DNA of 32,000 nucleotides, from assembly GCF_001457615.1 (NCBI RefSeq), contig NZ_LN831024.1:1650001-1682000 (forward strand), read 5' to 3'. The DNA comes from Pseudomonas aeruginosa (lineage in GTDB: Bacteria > Pseudomonadota > Gammaproteobacteria > Pseudomonadales > Pseudomonadaceae). Position 1 is the first letter of the stretch. The number at the start of each line of letters is the position of its first letter. The notes under the pieces are model-generated. The model did no database searches. It saw only the letters and a list, made by a program, of their open reading frames with translations, and was not told the origin of the DNA. Below, piece after piece: positions 1-9,625 of this stretch. Made by a program: the position numbers and the translations under genes.

Positions 1-185
1 TCCTGCTCGACGATCTGCCGCCGCCAGCGTCCGGGGGTGCATTCCCAGATGCCGGTTTCCACCTGGTCGGTGCGCTCCACGGCGTAGGCGCGGGTCTGCG
101 CGACCGGCTCGCCAAGGGGCACCGCGACCGGGCTGGCGGCGCCAAGATCGGCGCCGGCGGTATTTTTCAGAAGGGTCAGGGCCAT
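1..185 (-). CDS. Cupin-like protein, N-terminal part only (runs off the left edge)
   Basis: Minus-strand reading from ATG (185..183) gives MALTLLKNTAGADLGAASPVAVPLGEPVAQTRAYAVERTDQVETGIWECTPGRWRRQIVEQE, which resembles the start of small cupin-domain proteins ('GIWECTPGRWRR'). Confidence 0.6.
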   Translation of the reverse strand, partial: MALTLLKNTAGADLGAASPVAVPLGEPVAQTRAYAVERTDQVETGIWECTPGRWRRQIVEQ

Positions 186-219
186 GCGGTTTTTCCTCTG
201 TGGGAGGTGGAGGGGATTC

Positions 220-1626
220 TCAGCGCATCAGGCTTTCCATGCCGGCCGCGAGGGTTTGCGCCAGGCTGCGGCGCCAGGGCGCGCTGTGCGGGTCGGCAAG
301 GACCCGGTCCTCATGGACGAAACTGCGGATGATCGCGTTGTAGCCGAGCCAGCGGCAGGGTTCCGGTTCCCAGCGGGCCAGGCTGTCCAGCGGACGCTCG
401 CCCAGCACCCAGGGCTGCCGCAGCAGCTCGCTGTCCTCACCGAGGATCAGCGCGGCCAGGGTGCGGCCGCCGAGGTTGCTGGCGCCGACCCCTTCGCCGC
501 CGTAGCCGCCGGAGAGGGCGATGCCACTGGCGCGGTCGAGCAACATGTGCGGGCGGAAGCGCCGGGCCATGCCGAGGTTGCCGCCCCAGGTGTGGCTGAT
601 CCTGGCGTCCTTGAGCAGCGGGAAGAGTTCGCCGAACAGGTAGCGACGCAGGCCGACTTCCTCGTCGTCGAGGCTGAAGTCGCTGCGCAGCTTGCCGCCG
701 AAGCGGTAGCCGCCCCGCGCGCCGAAGGCCAGGCGGTCGTCGGCGGTGCGCTGGCCATAGGTGACCTGGCGGCTGAATTCGCTGAAGGCCTGGCCGCGCT
801 CCAGGCCGATCTCCGCCCAGACCGACGACGGCAGCGGCTCGGTGGCCACCAGCAGACTCTGCACCGGCAACTGGTAGTGGCCCAGCGGCGGCAGGCTGGC
901 GGCGTAGCCTTCCACCGCCGGCACGATCCATTCGGCGCGCAGTTCGCCGCGCTCGGTGCGCAGCAGGCCGCGTTGCCAGTGCAGCACCCGGCTCTTCTCG
1001 AACAGCCGCACGCCCAGGCGCTCCACCGCGCGGGCCAGGCCGCGCGCGAGCCTGGCCGGCTGGATGGTGGCGCAGTGCGGCGAATGGATCGCCCCGTAGC
1101 TGCCGGGGATGCGCAACTGCTGGTCGAGTTCCTGCGGCGTCAGCCAGCGGTAGTCGCTTTCGTCCAGGCCTTCGGCATAGAGATCATGCAGATAGGCGCG
1201 CAGGCGGCGTTCCTGTTCCGGGTAGCGCGCCGCGCAGTAGAGCACGCCGCCCTTGCGGTAGTCGCAGTCGATGCCTTCCTCTTGCAGCACCCGCGCGACT
1301 TCGTCGGGAATCCCGTGCAGCAGGTCGTAGCCGGCCCGGCGCCGCTCCGGCGGCAAGCCGGCGAGCAGGCCGTCCTCGCCGAGCAGGTTGCCCATCAGCC
1401 AGCCGCCGTTGCGCCCCGAGGCGCCGAAGCCGGCGGTTTCTGCCTCGACGATGGCGACGCGCAACTGCGGCGCCCGGCGCTTCAGGTAATAGGCGGTCCA
1501 GAGGCCGGTGTAGCCGGCGCCGACGATGGCCACGTCGACCTCGAGGGATTCTTCCAGGGACGGGCGCGCTTCGAGCGGATCGTCCAGTTGATTCATCCAC
1601 AGGCTGAGGTGGCGCCAGGCCGACAT
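220..1626 (-). CDS. FAD-dependent oxidoreductase (DAO / gamma-glutamylputrescine oxidase-like family)
   Basis: Long minus ORF with N-terminal dinucleotide-binding motif (VDVAIVGAGYTGLWTAYYLKRRAP...VAIVEAETAGFGASGRNGGW) and C-terminal GYGGEGVGASNLGGRTLAAL. The start may be 1626, 1638 or 1665. Confidence 0.85.
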   Translation of the reverse strand: MSAWRHLSLWMNQLDDPLEARPSLEESLEVDVAIVGAGYTGLWTAYYLKRRAPQLRVAIVEAETAGFGASGRNGGWLMGNLLGEDGLLAGLPPERRRAGYDLLHGIPDEVARVLQEEGIDCDYRKGGVLYCAARYPEQERRLRAYLHDLYAEGLDESDYRWLTPQELDQQLRIPGSYGAIHSPHCATIQPARLARGLARAVERLGVRLFEKSRVLHWQRGLLRTERGELRAEWIVPAVEGYAASLPPLGHYQLPVQSLLVATEPLPSSVWAEIGLERGQAFSEFSRQVTYGQRTADDRLAFGARGGYRFGGKLRSDFSLDDEEVGLRRYLFGELFPLLKDARISHTWGGNLGMARRFRPHMLLDRASGIALSGGYGGEGVGASNLGGRTLAALILGEDSELLRQPWVLGERPLDSLARWEPEPCRWLGYNAIIRSFVHEDRVLADPHSAPWRRSLAQTLAAGMESLMR

Positions 1627-1716
1627 AGAGGGCTCCATAGCGAGAGGGAAGGGGGAATGCGGCAAGAGTAGGAAGATGCCGTGCGCCTGTCGTGCGCGCG
1701 GGTCCGCTGGGAAATC

Positions 1717-2523
1717 TCAGCGGCGCGACGACAGGCGCTTCAGGTATTCGCGCGGAGACTGGCCGGTGTGCTGGCGGAAGCAGCGGTAGAAGGCCGACAG
1801 CGAATTGAAGCCGGCGGCGAAGGCCAGTTCGTCGACCCGTCCGGGCAGCTCGCCGGAAAGCTGGCCGAGCAGGTGTTGCAGGCGGGTCTGGTTGACGTAC
1901 TGGTAGAAGCTCAGGCCGAGCACCTGGTTGAGCAGGTAGGAAATCTGGTTGCGCGTATAGCCGGTGGCATTGGCCACCTGGGTCAGGTCCAGGTCCGGAT
2001 CGAGATAGGGCTGGGCCTGCTGGAAGTAGTGCTCCAGGTCGCGTGCCAGCAGGCTCAGCTGCTTGGCCGAAAGCCCCAGGCGGCTGGCCGGCGGCCGGCC
2101 GTCGCCGCCGGCCTGGGCTCCGCCGCCGCTTTCGTGGACCAGCGAGGCGTATTCGTTGATGCGCCAGATCAGGCCGTCGCGCACGGTGATCGCCTCGCTG
2201 GCGCGGAACGAAGCCAGGCGGCCGCTGAGGGTCACCCGCAGGCGGTACTGGATGAAGGCGGTATCGCCGTCGAAGCGGATACGGTCGGTGTGCTCCAGCG
2301 ACTCGTCGGGGCCCTTGGGCATGGTCGCCTCGACGTACTCGCGGAGATCGGCCAGGCGCATCCGGCGGTTCTGGAAGAAGTCGTTGTATTCGACCTCGGG
2401 ATGATAGAGCGCCATCACCGCGTCGATGTCGCGGTGCTTCCAGCTGAGGTGATAACGCATGACCGTCTCGCGGGTGGCGTCGGCGAGATCGCGGTCGGCG
2501 GGAATGGTCTGTTCGGGCTGCAT
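1717..2523 (-). CDS. AraC-family transcriptional regulator with N-terminal NTF2/SnoaL-like domain
   Basis: N-terminus (MRYHLSWKHRDIDAVMALYHPEVEYNDFF...) is SnoaL-like. C-terminus (LTQVANATGYTRNQISYLLNQVLGLSFYQYVNQTRL...VDELAFAAGFNSLSAFYRCFRQHTGQSPREYLKRL) is a dual-HTH AraC domain. Internal ATG at 2523 is preferred over the upstream 2601 start. Confidence 0.85.
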   Translation of the reverse strand: MQPEQTIPADRDLADATRETVMRYHLSWKHRDIDAVMALYHPEVEYNDFFQNRRMRLADLREYVEATMPKGPDESLEHTDRIRFDGDTAFIQYRLRVTLSGRLASFRASEAITVRDGLIWRINEYASLVHESGGGAQAGGDGRPPASRLGLSAKQLSLLARDLEHYFQQAQPYLDPDLDLTQVANATGYTRNQISYLLNQVLGLSFYQYVNQTRLQHLLGQLSGELPGRVDELAFAAGFNSLSAFYRCFRQHTGQSPREYLKRLSSRR

Positions 2524-2744
2524 GCAGCGAAGGATGCCATCGCCGCCGCCGGCGGAACAGTGCCGCGCCGTCATCCATGCACTGGATGACGGCGTATCCA
2601 TCCTGCATATGGCGTTCGCCGAGGCGCTTTCCAGGGCCCCTGTTCACTCTTTCGGGCGACAGCCGGAATACCTCCTTGGTGCGCTTACCGCCGTTCGGGC
2701 CGCTGGGTAGGGTGTAGCCACCTCGACCCTGTCAGGAGAGCCGC

Positions 2745-4502
2745 ATGACAACAACAAAAAGGCGCGGAATCTTCCCTCTGCACGCACTCGCTGCGGCCAC
2801 AGCCCTGGGTTGCGCCACCCAGGCCTCGGCCGTGTCATTCAACATCGGGGAGATCGAAGGGCAATTCGACTCGTCGCTGTCGGTGGGGGCCAGCTGGTCC
2901 ATGCGTTCCGCCGACAAGGACTACATCGGCACCCGCAACGGCGGCCACGCCTCGTCGCAGACCTCCGACGACGGCCGGCTCAACTTCAAGAAGGGCGAAA
3001 CCTTCTCGAAGATCTTCAAGGGCATCCACGATCTCGAACTCAAGTACGGCGACACCGGCGCGTTCTTCCGTGGCAAGTACTGGTACGACTTCGAGCTGAA
3101 GGACGAACACCGCCTGCTCTACGACATCGACGACCACAATCGCAAGGAGGGCGCCAAGTCCTCCGGGGCGCAGCTGCTCGATGCCTTCCTCTACCACAAC
3201 TACAGTATCGGCGACCTGCCCGGCAGCGTGCGGGTCGGCAAGCAGGTGGTGAGCTGGGGCGAGAGCACGTTCATCCAGAATTCGATCAACAGCATCAACC
3301 CGATGGACGTCGCCGCGTTCCGCCGGCCCGGCGCGGAGATCAAGGAAGGCCTGATCCCGGTGAACATGCTCTACCTGTCCCAGGGCATCAGCGACGCGCT
3401 GACCGTCGAAGGCTTCTACCAGTTGGAGTGGGACCAGACGGTGATCGACAACTGCGGCACCTTCTTCTCCACCACCGACGTGGTCGCCGATGGCTGCGAG
3501 CGGATGGTCTATGCCGGCAGCGACTTCGACCCGAACCCGGCCAACGGCTACCGCTATCTGCCGCGCGCCGGCGATCGCGATGCCCGCGACAGCGGCCAGT
3601 GGGGCCTGGCCCTGCGTTGGTACGCGGCGGAGCTGAACGACACCGAGTTCGGCCTGTACGCGATGAACTACCACAGTCGCAACCCGTACTACAGTGTGAT
3701 CGCCGGCAACGGCCTGGCCACCTCCGACCCGGTCACCGGGCGCTCCACCGGCTATTACTTCATCGACTATCCCGAGGACATCCGCCTCTACGGCCTGAGC
3801 TTCCAGACCAACATCGGCAGCACCTCGGTGGCCGGCGAGCTGAGCTACCGGCCGAACATGCCGCTACAAATCAACAGCACCGACATGTCGATCGCCGCGA
3901 TCTACCCGACCACCCTGTTCGGCAACCCGATCTACGACAGCGGCTTCGCCACCCCGCGCGCCGGCGAGGTGATCAACGGCTACGTGCGCAAGCCGGTGAC
4001 CCAGGCACAGGTGACCGTCACCCAGTTCTTCGACCGGGTACTGGCGGCCGACCGCCTGACCGTGGTCGGCGAAGTCGGCTACAACCACCTCAGCGGGGTC
4101 GACGGCGACGACCTGCGCTACGGCCGCGACGCCATCTACGGCATCGGCGAACTGCCGAACAACGCCTTGTGCACCGGCGCGCTCAACGTGGCCAACCCGC
4201 AGGAGTGCAACAGCCACGGCTTCTACACCCGCAACTCGTGGGGCTACCGCCTGCGTGGGATCCTCGAATATCCCAACGTGTTCGCCGGGGTCAACCTGAA
4301 GCCGAACCTGGCCTGGTCGCACGACGTCGAGGGCTACGGGCCGAACTTCAGCGAGGGCGCCAAGGCCGTCAGCGTCGGCCTCGATGCCGACTACCAGAAC
4401 ACCTATACCGCCAGCATCAGCTACACCGACTTCTTCGGCGGCAACTACAACCCGATCAACGACCGCGACTTCCTCGCGGTGAGCTTCGGGGTGAACTTCT
4501 GA
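2745..4502 (+). CDS. DUF1302 family outer-membrane-associated protein
   Basis: 585 aa with signal peptide (ALAAATALGCATQASAVSFNIGEIEGQFDSSLSVGASWSMR) and a beta-rich sequence typical of DUF1302. AGGAG lies upstream of the ATG. Confidence 0.85.
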   Translation: MTTTKRRGIFPLHALAAATALGCATQASAVSFNIGEIEGQFDSSLSVGASWSMRSADKDYIGTRNGGHASSQTSDDGRLNFKKGETFSKIFKGIHDLELKYGDTGAFFRGKYWYDFELKDEHRLLYDIDDHNRKEGAKSSGAQLLDAFLYHNYSIGDLPGSVRVGKQVVSWGESTFIQNSINSINPMDVAAFRRPGAEIKEGLIPVNMLYLSQGISDALTVEGFYQLEWDQTVIDNCGTFFSTTDVVADGCERMVYAGSDFDPNPANGYRYLPRAGDRDARDSGQWGLALRWYAAELNDTEFGLYAMNYHSRNPYYSVIAGNGLATSDPVTGRSTGYYFIDYPEDIRLYGLSFQTNIGSTSVAGELSYRPNMPLQINSTDMSIAAIYPTTLFGNPIYDSGFATPRAGEVINGYVRKPVTQAQVTVTQFFDRVLAADRLTVVGEVGYNHLSGVDGDDLRYGRDAIYGIGELPNNALCTGALNVANPQECNSHGFYTRNSWGYRLRGILEYPNVFAGVNLKPNLAWSHDVEGYGPNFSEGAKAVSVGLDADYQNTYTASISYTDFFGGNYNPINDRDFLAVSFGVNF

Positions 4503-4507
4503 GGTCC

Positions 4508-4525
4508 GCCGCCCCTCGGGGCGGC
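4508..4525. other. Intercistronic GC-rich hairpin between the DUF1302 and DUF1329 genes
   Basis: gccgccc-ctcg-gggcggc, a perfect 7-bp stem in the short gap between the two genes. Confidence 0.4.
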
Positions 4526-4558
4526 CGCTTTCGCGGATACGAACAAGGATAACGACGC

Positions 4559-5929
4559 ATGAAAACAGCACGACTCCTGTCCTCCGGGGCGCTGGCCCTC
4601 AGCCTGCTGGCCGGTTCGGTGACGGCGGCGGTTTCGCCCGACGAGGCCGCCAAGCTCGGCAGCAGCCTGACCCCCATCGGCGCGCAGAAGGAAGGCAACG
4701 CCGACGGCAGCATCCCGGCCTGGACCGGCGGCCTCGCGGCCAGCGCCGGCAAGGTCGATGGCAAGGGCTTCCTTTCCGATCCCTTTGCCGACGAGAAGCC
4801 GCTGTTCACCATCACCGCGCAGAACGTCGAGCAATACAAGGACAAGCTCTCCGACGGCCAGTTGGCGATGTTCAAGCGCTACCCGGAAACCTACCGGATC
4901 CCGGTGTACAAGACCCATCGCACGGTGGCCCTGCCGGCCGAGATCGACGAGGCGGTCAAGCAGAGCGCGCTGAACGTGCAGCCGATCAACGACGGCAACG
5001 GCCTGTCGAATTTCGAGAAGAGCCGCTACTACGCCTTCCCGATCCCGAAGAACGGTGTCGAAGTGCTCTGGAACCACATCACCCGCTACCGCGGCGGCAA
5101 CCTCAAGCGCACCATCGTCCAGGCCACCCCGCAGACCAACGGCAGCTTCACGCCGATCCGCTTCGAGGAGTCGGTGGCATTCCCGCAGAACATGCCCGAC
5201 CTCGACCAGAGCAAGGCGGCCAACATCCTCACCTTCTTCAAGCAGCAGGTGACCGCGCCGGCGCGCCTGGCGGGCAACGTGCTGCTGGTCCACGAGACCC
5301 TCGACCAGGTCAAGGAGCCGCGCCTGGCCTGGGTCTACAACGCCGGCCAGCGCCGCGTGCGGCGCGCCCCGCAGGTGGCCTACGATGGCCCGGGCACCGC
5401 CGCCGACGGCCTGCGCACCTCGGATAACTTCGACATGTTCTCCGGCGCCCCGGACCGCTACGACTGGAAGCTGGTCGGCAAGCGCGAGATGTACATCCCC
5501 TACAACGCCTACAAGCTCAACGACCCGACCCTGAAGTACGGCGATATCATCAAGGCCGGGCACATCAACCAGGACCTGACCCGCTACGAGCTGCACCGGG
5601 TGTGGGAAGTGGTCGGCACGGTGAAGCCGGGCGAGCGGCACATCTACGCCAAGCGCCACATGTACATCGACGAGGACAGCTGGCAGATCGCCCTGGTCGA
5701 CCACTACGACGGTCGCGGCCAGCTCTGGCGGGTCGGCGAGGGCCACGCGCAGTACCACTACGACCAGAAGGTCGCCGGCTACACCCTGGAGGCGCTCTAC
5801 GACGTGATAGCCGGTCGCTACCTGGCGCTGGGCATGAACAACGAGGAGAAGCGCGGCTACGAGTTCGGCTTCAAGGCCTCGTCCGCCGACTACACGCCGG
5901 CCGCCCTGCGCAACGCCGGGGTACGCTGA
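4559..5929 (+). CDS. DUF1329 family protein (LolB/LppX-fold, probable exported partner of DUF1302)
   Basis: 456 aa with signal peptide MKTARLLSSGALALSLLAGSVTAAVSPDEAAKLG. Contains motifs WTGGL, RRAPQVAYDGPGTAADGLRTSDNFDMFSGAPDRYDWKLVGKREMYIPYN. Confidence 0.85.
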   Translation: MKTARLLSSGALALSLLAGSVTAAVSPDEAAKLGSSLTPIGAQKEGNADGSIPAWTGGLAASAGKVDGKGFLSDPFADEKPLFTITAQNVEQYKDKLSDGQLAMFKRYPETYRIPVYKTHRTVALPAEIDEAVKQSALNVQPINDGNGLSNFEKSRYYAFPIPKNGVEVLWNHITRYRGGNLKRTIVQATPQTNGSFTPIRFEESVAFPQNMPDLDQSKAANILTFFKQQVTAPARLAGNVLLVHETLDQVKEPRLAWVYNAGQRRVRRAPQVAYDGPGTAADGLRTSDNFDMFSGAPDRYDWKLVGKREMYIPYNAYKLNDPTLKYGDIIKAGHINQDLTRYELHRVWEVVGTVKPGERHIYAKRHMYIDEDSWQIALVDHYDGRGQLWRVGEGHAQYHYDQKVAGYTLEALYDVIAGRYLALGMNNEEKRGYEFGFKASSADYTPAALRNAGVR

Positions 5930-5945
5930 GTCCCGGCCAGTCGCG

Positions 5946-5977
5946 ACGAGCGCGTCGGCTTGTGCCGACGCGCTCGT
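5946..5977 (+). terminator. Probable transcription terminator after the DUF1329 gene
   Basis: Perfect 14-bp stem acgagcgcgtcggc-ttgt-gccgacgcgctcgt, 17 bp after the stop codon; only a weak T tract follows. Confidence 0.6.
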
Positions 5978-6078
5978 GCGTTATGACGGCCCATCACCCG
6001 GCGCAATCATCGTTCAGCAGCGGGGCAGGCGCGGTCTAGGCTCCCGGCAAGGCGCTTCGACAGAACAAGAGCACTGCC

Positions 6079-8561
6079 ATGACCGAGCCGACCGAGCTGC
6101 CCGCCGCCTTGCCGCGGCTGCCGCCGCAGCACCTGCCGCGGCCCGTTTGCACCAGCCGCTGCTGCGCGGCGAATGCCGCCTGCGACTGCTCTGCGCGCCC
6201 GCCGGCAGCGGCAAGACCGTCCTCCTCGGAGAATGCGCGCGGCGGGCGCCGCCTGGCGTGCAGGTGGTCTGGCTGGCGCTGGGCGGGGAAGCGCTGGACC
6301 CCGCGACCTTCCGCCGCCGCCTGGCCGGCGCCCTCGGCTTGCCCGAGGACAGCGACGAAGCACAACTGTGCCGGCGGCTGCGCAACGCATCCGCGCTGTG
6401 GCTGCTGCTCGACGATTACCCACGGCACCCCGACCCCGCCCTCGACGCCTGCCTCGATCGCCTGTTGAGCGCGGCCTCGCCACGGGTGGGCTGGTGGCTG
6501 GCGAGCCGGCGGCGGCCGCAGTGCAACCTGGCGCGGTTGCTGCTGGAAGGGGAGTTGCTGGAGGTCGACGGCGGCCTGCTGGCGTTCGATGCCGACGAGG
6601 TCGCCGAACTGCTCCGCCTGCACGGGCGCAGCGCCGATGCCGCTACGGCCGGGGCACTGCTGGAACGCAGCGGCGGTTGGTGCGCCGCGTTGCGCTTGCG
6701 CCTGCTGGTCGGCGAAGAGACGGCCGGACCGTTGTTGCAGGAATACCTCCAGCACGAGTTGCTCGACGAGCTGCCGCCGCCGCTGGCCGACGCCGCGCGT
6801 GCCCTGGCCTGGCTGCCGCAAGTCGGTCCGGAGCTGTTCCGCCGGCTGTTCGAGGAGCTGCCCCACGGGCTGGACGACCTGTTGGCGCGGGGCTTCCCCC
6901 TGCTGGCCGATACGAACCAGCGCTACAGCCTGCCGCCGGCGATCCGCGAGGCCTGGCGCGAAGCGCCGCAGCGCCCGCAGCGGGACTTCCACCGGGAAGC
7001 CTGCGAATGGTTCGCCGAACACGGCGAGACCCGCGAGGCGGTCGACCAGGCGCTGGCCGCCGACGAACCGGAAACCGCCGCCGGATTGTTGCAGAAGCTC
7101 ACCGAGGAGCAATTGCTGCACGGCCACAACATCGGCATGGTCCTGGCCCTGCGCGACGAACTGCCGGCGGCGCTGCTGGCCAGCACGCCGCGCCTGGTGA
7201 TCCTGAATGCCTGGACGCTGCTCTACGCCGGACGCCTGGCCGAAGCCGAGGACTGCATCGGCCAGTTGGCGCGCTTCCTGCCGATGCCCTCGGCGTCCCG
7301 CCAGCGGGTGCTGCTGGCGCAATGGCAGGGCTTGTTCGGGATCCTCCTGCACTGCCGCGGCGAGCGCGGCGCCGCCGACTACCTGCGCGAGGCGCTGGAG
7401 CAACTGCCGGAGGACGCCTGGTCGCAGGGACTGATCTGCCGCTCGGCGCTGATGCAACTGGCGATGATCGAGGGGCGGATGGACCAGGCGCGGTTGATCG
7501 GCCGCGATGCCTTGCGCCTGGCGCGCGAGCACGACAGCCTGATCTTCGAGGCGCTGATCGAACTGGAGCGGGCGCAGTGGCTGGAGCAGCGCGGCGAACT
7601 GCTGCGCGCGGAAGGCGTCCTCGATCGCGCCCAGCGCTACCTGGAGGACCTCGGCCAGCAGGGCAGCCCGATGCTCGGCCGGATCGCCCTGCGCCGCGCG
7701 CGCCTGTGCCTGCAGCAGGGCCGCGAGGTCGAGGCCGGGCACTGGTATCGGCTGGGGCTGGAGCAGGCACGGGAGAATCTCGATCCCTGGGCGCTCTACG
7801 GCTACCTGGGACTGGCCTTGCTGGAGGCCGGGCAGGGCGACCTGGACGCGGCGTTCAACCGCCTGCTGGAGGTCGAGCGGCTGATGCAGCAGCGCCATGT
7901 CCCCGATCCGCTGTATCGCGGCGCGCTGCTGCTGGTCAGCTCCGCCCTGACCCTGCAGCAGGGAAGGCCGGCGCAGGCGCGGGAGATCCTGCTGCGGGTC
8001 CGCGCCTACTTCCAGCCGGGACGGGCGCGCCTGTCGCCGCCCTCCGAACCGGAACTGGAAGCGCGGGTAGAGCACCAATTGGCACTGGCCGAACTCTACA
8101 GCGGCGAGGCAGCCGCCGCCGAAGCGCGGCTGCGCGGGCTGCTCGCCATTCTCGAGGCGCAGGGGCGGCAGACGCTGCTTTGCGAAGTGCGCATGGGTAT
8201 CGCCGAGTGCCAGTTCCTCTCCGGACAATTGCCCCAGGCCCAGCAGACCCTGCGCAGCGGCCTGGAGCTGGCGGAGCGGCTGGGCCTGCAACTGCCGCAG
8301 CGGCGACTGCGGGATCGCCAGCCGCAACTGTTCGCCGCCCTGCCGGGGGAAGAAGAGGAGGGGCTCAGTCCGCTCAGTTGTCGGGAGCTGGCGGTGCTCG
8401 GCCTGATCGCCCAGGGCTGCTCCAACCAGGAGATCGGCGAGCAACTGTTCATTTCCCTGCACACGGTGAAGACCCACGCCCGGCGGATCAACGGCAAGCT
8501 CGGGGTGGCCCGTCGGACCCAGGCGGTGGCGAGGGCCAAGGCCCTCGGCCTGCTCGCCTGA
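6079..8561 (+). CDS. LuxR/MalT-type (LAL-like) transcriptional regulator with P-loop ATPase domain; N-terminus apparently frameshifted
   Basis: Frame 3 encodes RLHQPLLRGECRLRLLCAPAGSGKTVLLGECARR, TPR-like repeats and a C-terminal LuxR HTH (LSPLSCRELAVLGLIAQGCSNQEIGEQLFISLHTVKTHARRINGKLGVARRTQAVARA). The natural N-terminus MTEPTELPAALPRLPPQHLPRP lies in frame 1 and joins frame 3 only if one C is inserted near 6142-6144. Confidence 0.8.
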
Positions 8562-8567
8562 GCGGCC

Positions 8568-9380
8568 TCAGTGCAGGGCGCGGCTGGTCGGCGGGGCGAG
8601 TTCGCCCAGGCGCTGGCCGAGGCGCAGTTGCTCGGTGGGATCGTCGCTGAGCAAGAGCGCGCGTTCCAGGTCGTAGCGTTCCGCCTGCGGGCAATCCAGT
8701 TGCCGATAGAGGCCGGCGCGGGCCTCGTGGTCGGCGGCGCCCACCGGGCCGAGTTCGATCACCCGCTGGGCATCCTTCAGCGCGGCCAGCGGCTCGCCGG
8801 CGGCGCTGTGCAGTTGTCGCAGGTTGCGCGACAGACGCTGGAGGATTTCCCCGGGAGAGGCCTGCTTCAGGTAGGCGGCCTGCAGCTCGCTCTTCGGCCC
8901 CTGCAGGCGCAGCAGCAGTTCGCGGCAGTCGGTGGGATAGAGGCGCCGTCCGGTGGCCGGGTCGAGCAGATGGTCGGCCTGCGGCACGCGCAGCAGGAAG
9001 CGTCCCGGGAAGTTCACTCCGACCAGCGGAATGTCCAGCCGCCGCGCCAGTTCCATGGCCACCAGCGCCAGCGACAACGGCTGTCCCTGGCGCCGCTGCA
9101 GCACCAGCGGAAGCAGGGCCGAGCGCGGTTGCAGGGGGAAGTCGTCGTCCTCGCAGAAACCCTGTTCGCTCATTCGCCGCAGCAACCCCTGGGCGCGCTC
9201 GCTGGCCGAGGCGCGGTCGTCCAGGCTGGCGCCGATCTGCCGGACGAGTTCGTCGAGCTCGCGCAGGGCGTGGGCGGGCGAATACGCCGGGAGGTGCTCC
9301 GCGGCGATCCACAGGGCCGCCTCGAACAGCGCTGGCGGTTCCTGGGCGAGACAATCGAGGCAGGCTTGACGCGGGTCCAT
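8568..9380 (-). CDS. SirB1-family / transglutaminase-like protein with TPR-like C-terminus
   Basis: MDPRQACLDCLAQEPPALFEAALWIAAEHLP...RQGQPLSLALVAMELARRLDIPLVGVNFPGRFLLR...DPATGRRL pattern. Start chosen at the ATG with nearby ribosome-binding sequence (9380). Confidence 0.8.
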   Translation of the reverse strand: MDPRQACLDCLAQEPPALFEAALWIAAEHLPAYSPAHALRELDELVRQIGASLDDRASASERAQGLLRRMSEQGFCEDDDFPLQPRSALLPLVLQRRQGQPLSLALVAMELARRLDIPLVGVNFPGRFLLRVPQADHLLDPATGRRLYPTDCRELLLRLQGPKSELQAAYLKQASPGEILQRLSRNLRQLHSAAGEPLAALKDAQRVIELGPVGAADHEARAGLYRQLDCPQAERYDLERALLLSDDPTEQLRLGQRLGELAPPTSRALH

Positions 9381-9625
9381 GGCTTTCCTCCTGGTGCGCC
9401 TGGATCGCTGCGGACGGGCCGTTCGGAGCACGCCGGGGCCGGTTTCGAGCGGGCGGACCCCAAGGTTGTAACCGTCCGCCGAAGCTTCGTCCAGTACCCG
9501 GCACGGCGAGCGCCGCGGCCTGGTCGTCGGCCTTGCGGGCGTTTCGCCGACGCCTGCCTATACTGAAGGTGCCGGGCGGCAACGGCCCGGCCCGGACAAC
9601 AAGCAGCAAGCAGGGGAGCCCCAGC

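Noticed and set aside
184-1671. 495-aa plus-strand ORF opposite the oxidoreductase, and similar long antisense ORFs (1681-2589, 4445-5758, 6036-8477, 9170-10762, 11644-12684, 13972-15063)
   Set aside because: Their translations are A/R/G/P/Q-rich with no family motifs, while the other strand encodes recognisable proteins. High GC content produces such shadow ORFs.
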